NCBI GenBank assembly: GCA_964483665.1
Contig: CAZACP010000005.1
Span: forward strand, 1,910 to 65,909
Source of the DNA: an uncultured Candidatus Saccharibacteria bacterium
GTDB taxonomy: Bacteria > Patescibacteriota > Doudnabacteria > UBA920
DNA length: 64,000 nt
Direction of reading: 5' to 3'
Shown here: positions 57,753-64,000 of the stretch, one piece after another
How positions within the stretch are numbered: position 1 is the first letter of the stretch
Layout: each line of letters starts with the position of its first letter
Notes under the pieces: generated by a model
Database searches by the model: none
What the model saw: only the letters and a program-made list of their open reading frames with translations
What the model was told of the DNA's origin: nothing
Translations under genes and position numbers: made by a program

Positions 57753-58142
57753 ATGGATTTATATATTTCTTCGAACATTCGAAACAGTTTAATAATAGTT
57801 ATTTTGGCTATAGTGGTGTTGGTATTGGTTTTTGTTGGTATTTCCGACGGAAAGAGACAGGCTAAAAGCGCTTTAATTTTAAATTGGGCATCGGAAGAAA
57901 CTTTAGCCTTAGAATATTTTTACAGGGACAATAATCGTTTTCCCACAGCAGATGAATTTGCCAGGCCTGAAGTAATGGGAAATTATTTTGTTAAAGCCCC
58001 GGAAGGAGTAAATATTCAAACAGAGCAGTGCCCGGAAATTTTAAAGTATACTAGGCCTAGGTCAGAAAGTTATGAACTGTACTTTTGCCTGCCAAGGGCG
58101 CAAGACGGCTATAATCTTGGCTTAAATCAATTTGTCAGGTAG
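57753..58142 (+). CDS. Pilin-like protein lacking canonical prepilin motif
   Basis: TM then ALEYFY.D...FP...Y.L.FCL, similar to the upstream pilin. Confidence 0.6.
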   Translation: MDLYISSNIRNSLIIVILAIVVLVLVFVGISDGKRQAKSALILNWASEETLALEYFYRDNNRFPTADEFARPEVMGNYFVKAPEGVNIQTEQCPEILKYTRPRSESYELYFCLPRAQDGYNLGLNQFVR

Positions 58143-58188
58143 GTTTTATAATTATAAAGTAGCTAATAAAGTTCCTAATTAATTTATT

Positions 58189-60153
58189 ATGATTTCATTG
58201 CCAAGGCTGCCGTACAGAGAAGATAAGCTATTTTCAGTTCTCGTTCTGCTGGTTTTAGTTGTTCCGTTAGCTTTTTCTTGGGAATTTTATGAAAAATTTG
58301 AAACAATAAAATTAGTATTATGGGCAGTATTACTTTCGGCATGTTTGGTTTTACTGAGTGTTAAAAAAGAGATTTACCAAATTAATCGGGTAGTCGTGTT
58401 TTTGTTCGGCGGGCTTTTATTTTTTGGTCTTTTTGCCGCGCTACTTGCGCCAAATATTAGTAACGGTTTTTTGGGCAGTTACCCCCGGTTTACCAGTAGT
58501 TTTTTATTTTATTTTTTACTTATTTTTACACTTTGGTTATTTTCTGCAAATCTTGATATAAAAAAATGGAAATTTTTGCTTTGGGTTGTATATTTTGATG
58601 CCGTGGTTGTTGCTCTTGTGGGTATAATGCAGAGTTATGGCGTGGGGTACTATACCGGCATCGAGCAGACACAGATTTCACGCGCCCCCGGTCTTTTGGG
58701 CAACCCTAATTTTTCTAGTATGTTTTTGGTGGCGGTAATGCCTTTTACCTTGCCTTTTTTTTATTACGCAAGAAATTTTGCCGCCAAAATGTATTATTTA
58801 GTTTCTGGAATTTTAATGCTTTTTGCAGTTATACTTTTTTCTAGCCGGGGATCTTGGCTTGCGCTGGCAGCTGGTCTTGGCAGCCTTCTTTTAATACTGT
58901 TGTTGTCTAGGCTCCCCAAAAAATTTTTTTTGAGCTTATTATTAGTAACTTTTATAATATTTGCTTTTATAGGCTTCTTTGAGAAATTTGCCCGGCCAGG
59001 AACCTTAAAAGCTACTTTTCGGCTTTCAGAAACAAATATTGACTATAGGTTATATGCTTGGGATTTGGCCCGTAAGGCGATATCTGAGCACCCCGTGCTG
59101 GGTTTTGGCCCGGGCAGTACCCAAATATATTTTGAGCGTTTTAGAGATTCCAATTTAATGCAAGGCGCTGGAATATTTGACGATGTTCATAACCTGCCGC
59201 TTCAAATGGCTGTAAGCGCCGGGCTGCCTTTTATGCTTTGTTTTTTAGGAATTTGGGCGATAGTTTTTTGGCAATCGTATAAAAAGTTAAAAGTTGACCC
59301 AAGGGATTTTTGGACTATTGCCCAGGTGGTTTCTTTAGTGGCATGGTTTGCGGCCAGCTGTTTTAATCCGGTTTCAACTGCTAATTTTTTATTGTTGGCG
59401 GTTGTGTTTTCAGGTTCTTTAATTAACGGCAGTGAAAATATTAAGTTAAGTATTTGGACGAAGCCAGCTTTTTTACTTGCGGCTCTGAGCCTGGCTATTT
59501 TTGGCTTTAGTTTGGCTTTTGGTGAATTTTTCTTTTACCAGTCAGTTAAAAATTACCAAAGTCAAAATTTTGAAAAATGCCAAAAAAATGCTCGATTGGC
59601 TAGGTACGCTAATCCAACCAATCAGCTCTATTATGTATATGAAACTGCTTGTAAAATTATAATTAACCCAGACCCGGAAACTTTAAAACAAGATTTAAAA
59701 CATATTACGAGTTTACAGGCTCAAAGCGCAAAGACAGAAGTTTTAGCCTCAAATTTGTCTTATTTGATGTATATCCGTACAAATGACTCAACATTTTTAG
59801 ATTTAGCAATAAATTATATTCAAAAATCCTTAGAAAAAGATAAAAGTTATGCTCCCCGCTATACTCACGCAGCCTTTTATTTAGCTGAAAATAACCAATT
59901 ACTTGAATCTAAAGAATATTTAAAAGTTTCTCTTTCAATAGACAAAACAAGCTTGCCGGCTTGGTTATTGCTTGCCAGAGTCTATCAGTTGCTCGATAGG
60001 CCGGAGCAAATGAGGTACGCTCTTAATGAAGCGTTTAAACTGAGTCCGCTGGACTCAAATTTAAATCGCTTAAATCAGGCGGCAAAAAATGAAAAGGAAA
60101 TTAAAAATTTAAATATTCCGGCATTAATTAATTTTTTACAAATTGAGTCTTAG
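58189..60153 (+). CDS. O-antigen ligase/oligosaccharyltransferase family protein with C-terminal TPR-like region
   Basis: GNPN, SRG.W, GFGPG, HN motifs; many TMs. Confidence 0.85.
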   Translation: MISLPRLPYREDKLFSVLVLLVLVVPLAFSWEFYEKFETIKLVLWAVLLSACLVLLSVKKEIYQINRVVVFLFGGLLFFGLFAALLAPNISNGFLGSYPRFTSSFLFYFLLIFTLWLFSANLDIKKWKFLLWVVYFDAVVVALVGIMQSYGVGYYTGIEQTQISRAPGLLGNPNFSSMFLVAVMPFTLPFFYYARNFAAKMYYLVSGILMLFAVILFSSRGSWLALAAGLGSLLLILLLSRLPKKFFLSLLLVTFIIFAFIGFFEKFARPGTLKATFRLSETNIDYRLYAWDLARKAISEHPVLGFGPGSTQIYFERFRDSNLMQGAGIFDDVHNLPLQMAVSAGLPFMLCFLGIWAIVFWQSYKKLKVDPRDFWTIAQVVSLVAWFAASCFNPVSTANFLLLAVVFSGSLINGSENIKLSIWTKPAFLLAALSLAIFGFSLAFGEFFFYQSVKNYQSQNFEKCQKNARLARYANPTNQLYYVYETACKIIINPDPETLKQDLKHITSLQAQSAKTEVLASNLSYLMYIRTNDSTFLDLAINYIQKSLEKDKSYAPRYTHAAFYLAENNQLLESKEYLKVSLSIDKTSLPAWLLLARVYQLLDRPEQMRYALNEAFKLSPLDSNLNRLNQAAKNEKEIKNLNIPALINFLQIES

Positions 60154-60952
60154 TACACTAGCTACAATTTTAGTTTTTATTTTTGGCGCCTGCATGGGAA
60201 GCTTTTTAAACGTTGTCGTCTGGCGGCTGCCCAGGGGAGAAAAGCTAACAGGAAGGTCTATGTGCCCGCACTGCGGGCATACGTTAGACCCGGTTGATTT
60301 GGTGCCGTTTTTAAGTTTTGCTCTGCTTAAGGCCAAGTGCCGGAATTGCCAAAAAAAAATTTCTCCTCGTTACCCACTAGTCGAGTTAACGGTCGGCGTT
60401 TTATTCGTTTTTACCTTTTTATTTTTAATGCCTGGGACTGTTTTGGAGTGGATTTTTTTTGCTCGGACAATTATATTGGTTTTTTTCTTAACGGCTATTT
60501 TTATTATTGACTTAGAGCATTTTTTAATTTTAGACAGCATAATACTGGTTGGATCAGTAATTTTGACAGTTCTAAATTTGGTGCTTGATTTTTATTCAGG
60601 AGCAAAAGTTTTTAGTCTCGCATCTTTTGGTGTTGGGGGGATTTTTGCCGGCTTGCTTGCCGCATTACCATTTTTTGCGATTTGGTTTTTTTCAAAAGGG
60701 CTGTATATGGGTTTTGGAGACGTAAAGTTAGCTATATTTTTAGGTATTGCCCTTGGTTTGAAGCTGGTTTGGGTGGCGGTTTTTTTAGGGGTTTTACTAG
60801 GGGGAATTGTCAGCATATTTTTGCTGTTTGGTTATAAAAAAGACTTAAAGACAAAGTTGCCGTTCGGAACTTTTTTGGCTTTGGGGGCATTTATCGCAAT
60901 CTTTTATGGTTCGCCGCTGTTAAAATGGTATTTAGCCATCTTGGGAATTTAA
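60143..60952 (+). CDS. pilD: Prepilin peptidase
   Basis: GSFLNV, CPHC/CRNC, IDL, GFGDVKL, PFG. Confidence 0.95.
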   Translation: MSLSTLATILVFIFGACMGSFLNVVVWRLPRGEKLTGRSMCPHCGHTLDPVDLVPFLSFALLKAKCRNCQKKISPRYPLVELTVGVLFVFTFLFLMPGTVLEWIFFARTIILVFFLTAIFIIDLEHFLILDSIILVGSVILTVLNLVLDFYSGAKVFSLASFGVGGIFAGLLAALPFFAIWFFSKGLYMGFGDVKLAIFLGIALGLKLVWVAVFLGVLLGGIVSIFLLFGYKKDLKTKLPFGTFLALGAFIAIFYGSPLLKWYLAILGI

Positions 60953-60968
60953 TGGTATAATATTCACA

Positions 60969-61071
60969 CCTGCCCGCAATGCCTACTCAAATAATCTAAG
61001 CAAATTTTGTGTGTTTGGTTATTTTGTTAATTCATCAGTACTTTGAAATTATATAGAGGTAGGCAGGCGGG
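60969..61071. mobile_element. Hairpin + 4-nt-foot mini-element inserted in a CAGAT repeat tract
   Basis: CCTG foot + CCCGC..TGCCTAC / GTAGGCA.GCGGG stem; removal restores TTCACAGATACGCAGAT. Confidence 0.6.
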
Positions 61072-61131
61072 GATACGCAGATAATATAGCAGATTACACA
61101 GACAGGAGTACTAAAACTTGACGAAACAAAA

Positions 61132-61887
61132 ATGTCTTCAAGGCCTCAAATATCAAATATCAAATATCAAATACCCGAAAAAGGTTTTACTGTTGTTGAA
61201 CTAATGGTTGTTTTGGTAATATTTGCAACAATTACCGGGATTGTCCTGGCTAATTACGCCGGCCTTAGGACTGCCCGTAATTTGAAAATTGCCCAGAATG
61301 AATTAGTAACCAATTTAAGAAAAATTTCCAGCTATACACTCTCTTCTAGAGCTATAAACGGTTCTCAGGCTGTTCAATTTTATTTACTAAAGTTAGATAC
61401 TCAAGCACCGGGAAAATATACTATAGAAGCAATTTACGATGTAACTACTTCTCCTAAACTTGCAGCCGAAATCGAAACAATATATTTGCCGCAGGGAATA
61501 CAATTTTCAAGCATAGCGCCTTTTGTTATAGACAGACCTGATCCGAATATCGACTTTCCGAACACTATTCCGCCTACAGGTTCTTTAGATGTTTCGGCTC
61601 TAAATGGTAATATCAGTTCTTGCGCTTTAGTAGCGTACAAACTTCCGTTTGGAAACATAATTGTAAATTCCGGACGCGATAATTTAAATACTTCTAACAC
61701 CGGCTGCACTTTTAACAATTTTAGCAATGACGATTACGTAAAAATCAAGAATTTTGTGGCCAACAGCCCGACTAATACGGCGGTCAACAATTCTGTTTTA
61801 ATTATAACTTTAAGCTCAACTGATGGGACGCTAACTAAAACCGTGACTGTAAACGGCTTAACCGGCGCAATAACTTTTAGTCCTTAA
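61132..61887 (+). CDS. Minor pilin (prepilin-type N-terminus)
   Basis: KGFTVVELMVV. Confidence 0.85.
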   Translation: MSSRPQISNIKYQIPEKGFTVVELMVVLVIFATITGIVLANYAGLRTARNLKIAQNELVTNLRKISSYTLSSRAINGSQAVQFYLLKLDTQAPGKYTIEAIYDVTTSPKLAAEIETIYLPQGIQFSSIAPFVIDRPDPNIDFPNTIPPTGSLDVSALNGNISSCALVAYKLPFGNIIVNSGRDNLNTSNTGCTFNNFSNDDYVKIKNFVANSPTNTAVNNSVLIITLSSTDGTLTKTVTVNGLTGAITFSP

Positions 61888-61888
61888 T

Positions 61889-62611
61889 ATGAAATTTTCT
61901 CTGAAAGAAAACAAAAAATATCAGCTGGGTCAGACCTTAATAGAAACTGTGGTCGCGGTGTTTATTTTAGTTATGGGAATAGTCGCGGCTTTGGGACTGG
62001 CTATTTACGCGCTTAATGCTTCAAGTAATGTATCTAAACAAATTATTGGCATTGGTCTTGCCAGGGAGGGAATAGAAGCTGTAAAAAATATGCGCGATAC
62101 AAATTGGCTTAAATCAAGTGTTTCAACTAATTGTTATAATTATTCTTCAGGTTCAAATAATGCAAGTTGTTATGATAAGTGGCTAGGAGACTCCGGCTGT
62201 GGGGGAACAGGGAATGACAAAGGTTTTTGTATTTTTAACACCGGAAGCGGAACAAAAAGTTTTCGTTTAAGCGTTCAGCCAAATATTGCGGATAAATTTT
62301 GGGCTTTTGACGAAGAAAATCAAAATGAATTTGGTTTAAATTTGGATTCAAATGTTTCAAATAGTAGCTTTGTTGGTTTTTATGTTTCAGCCAATGGTTT
62401 GTCGAATGGTAGCTCCGATTTTTATAGAGAAATAGTTTTAACTAAAGACACTTCCGGAGCATTTACCCAAAATAATATGGAAAGACTTCAGGTGAAAGCT
62501 CGTGTTTGGTGGGTGGATAAAAAGTGTCCAAGAGTTGTTGCCTTCAGTTCAGCTAAAGTAACCTGTAGAATTGAACTTCAATCGTACTTAACTAATTGGA
62601 AAAACTGGTAA
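61889..62611 (+). CDS. Minor pilin (PilV-like)
   Basis: GQTLIET...LAREGIE.V...RD.NW. Confidence 0.8.
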   Translation: MKFSLKENKKYQLGQTLIETVVAVFILVMGIVAALGLAIYALNASSNVSKQIIGIGLAREGIEAVKNMRDTNWLKSSVSTNCYNYSSGSNNASCYDKWLGDSGCGGTGNDKGFCIFNTGSGTKSFRLSVQPNIADKFWAFDEENQNEFGLNLDSNVSNSSFVGFYVSANGLSNGSSDFYREIVLTKDTSGAFTQNNMERLQVKARVWWVDKKCPRVVAFSSAKVTCRIELQSYLTNWKNW

Positions 62612-62659
62612 AATAAACCAAAAAGCGGTTTACCCCGCACCACTTTTATTAATTAAAGT

Positions 62660-63409
62660 ATGAGAAAATTTATCTTTATACAACAAAAAAAAAATCTAAA
62701 TAAACCCTCATTTTCTAAAAATGGTGCCGGGTTTACTTTAATGGAAATAGTGGTGGCTACCACCATTTTCGCGCTGGTGGGAACGGCTATGATGGGGCTT
62801 TTTAACTACACTTTAAAAATAAACCGTAGAACCGAAGCCTTAAGGCAGGCAACGCAAGGTATGAGAACTTTTGTTGAAGGTTTGGTTAAGCAGGTTAGAA
62901 ATGGACAGGTGTATTATGGACTGGATAATTCTTTTAGTCCGCCAACCCCGGCAGTAGACAACAGCACAGTGTGCGGAGCTGGTGCGGCATATAACAGGTA
63001 TTATCAGGACATAGAAAACAGGCTTAGGATTACTGATACTGACGGAGCTGATGTTTGTTTTTATTTAGCTAATAGTTCAGGAGCTTACGTGAACGCAGGA
63101 AATTTTAGCGGCAGCCAGTTAATAATGGAAAAAAATGTTGGCAGTGGTTATGTAAAACAGGTTTTAAGCCCTTCCAATTTTTATGTCGACAACCTTGTCT
63201 TTTTTGTTCGTCCTGTTTGCGACCCGTATAATCATTGTGATGCGGCTTCCGGTAATATTTATTCGCCTGGTCAGCCGCCTAAAATTCAACCTTCAGTCAG
63301 TATATTTTTAAAACTCAGGGTTTTACTTGCTACCGGTGAAACAGTAAGAATAAATTACCAAACTTCAGTTTCCAGCAATAAATATGATATACCAAATGTC
63401 TATCCATAA
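62660..63409 (+). CDS. Minor pilin (PilW-like)
   Basis: AGFTLMEIVVA. Confidence 0.85.
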   Translation: MRKFIFIQQKKNLNKPSFSKNGAGFTLMEIVVATTIFALVGTAMMGLFNYTLKINRRTEALRQATQGMRTFVEGLVKQVRNGQVYYGLDNSFSPPTPAVDNSTVCGAGAAYNRYYQDIENRLRITDTDGADVCFYLANSSGAYVNAGNFSGSQLIMEKNVGSGYVKQVLSPSNFYVDNLVFFVRPVCDPYNHCDAASGNIYSPGQPPKIQPSVSIFLKLRVLLATGETVRINYQTSVSSNKYDIPNVYP

Positions 63410-64000
63410 ATTTTCAAGTAAAAAATCTCAGTCGGGTGTTACTTTAATGCTGTCTATTTTGGTCTTGGCTGCTATTTTGTCTATAGCTTTTTCTTTGGCT
63501 ACAGTGACTTTTGTAGAAATTAGGTCTTCGGGCGATTTAATTAGAACTGAACCTGCATATTATGCTGCTGACGCACTTTCGGAAGAGGCTTTGTTTAAAA
63601 TTAAACGAAATATTCCGGATAATAATTTTACTTATGATTCCGGCATAGGGAACGTTACTCTAACCTCTCAAAGTAGTTACACTTCGACGGCTATTTTTCG
63701 CACTGTTGTAAAGAAAAGTAGTTACGATTTTGTTTCTACAAAGTCTCATTTTCCTATATATGATACGCGCTGTCCAGCCCCAAATTCCGACTCAACCTTA
63801 CCTTCTCACTGTTTAACTGGTGGAAGCGGTTATGGGCGAATAAAAATCACCTTTTTAGATACAGGGAATAATGATACCTTAAAAGCTTTTTTGTGCCAGT
63901 TTGACCCACAGAAACCCATAAATTCAGCTTCGCTTGACGGCAGTGCATATACGAATGTACCGTGCTCTAATCCGAATGATACATCTAACGGATATTGGCT
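63396..64000 (+). CDS. PilX-like minor pilin, partial (runs off the window)
   Basis: ATG 63396: MSIHKFSSKKSQSGVTLMLSILVL...AYYAA; lacks Glu5, as PilX does. Confidence 0.75.
   Translation, partial: MSIHKFSSKKSQSGVTLMLSILVLAAILSIAFSLATVTFVEIRSSGDLIRTEPAYYAADALSEEALFKIKRNIPDNNFTYDSGIGNVTLTSQSSYTSTAIFRTVVKKSSYDFVSTKSHFPIYDTRCPAPNSDSTLPSHCLTGGSGYGRIKITFLDTGNNDTLKAFLCQFDPQKPINSASLDGSAYTNVPCSNPNDTSNGYW

Noticed and set aside
1-64000. Alternative genetic code 25 (TGA = Gly)
   Set aside because: Long conserved genes are intact under code 11, and pilT ends at TGA at its expected length.

Overview
AT-rich bacterial chromosome segment in standard genetic code. Gene content (compact housekeeping genes, pilMNO-pilB-pilT-pilC cluster with many pilins, many orphans) suggests a Patescibacteria/CPR genome; this taxonomy is inference. 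Main results: (1) A 10.5-11.5 kb phage-satellite-like element is integrated at tRNA-Glu(TTC). It carries a large serine recombinase, a primase/helicase-like ATPase, a TerS-like protein, XRE + ImmA and cargo. Its attachment core (CTACCA) lies inside the recombinase gene. In the integrated state the C-terminus is read from the tRNA antisense, while two homologous, in-frame orphan C-terminal tails (GRPxxxxWKT[FY]LALVRE[IV]Y) sit at two attR-like sites near 12.86 and 13.79 kb. (2) Two nested tRNA loci: an intact tRNA-Ile(GAT) lies inside a hairpin element that splits the anticodon of an older tRNA-Ile interrupted by five tiny inserts, and an intact tRNA-Leu(CAG) lies between similarly interrupted tRNA-Leu halves. 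The inserts form a family of hairpin + 4-nt-foot elements with no target duplication. (3) Other miniature elements sit in-frame in ychF, in a prepilin leader and at a promoter/start codon. (4) TonB and PEP-CTERM genes look imported from a diderm bacterium. The rest is ordinary housekeeping (trxB, efp, rpsF-ssb-rpsR, trpS, rnj, secG, uvrA/uvrC, type IV pilus). All calls are by eye; no database searches were run.
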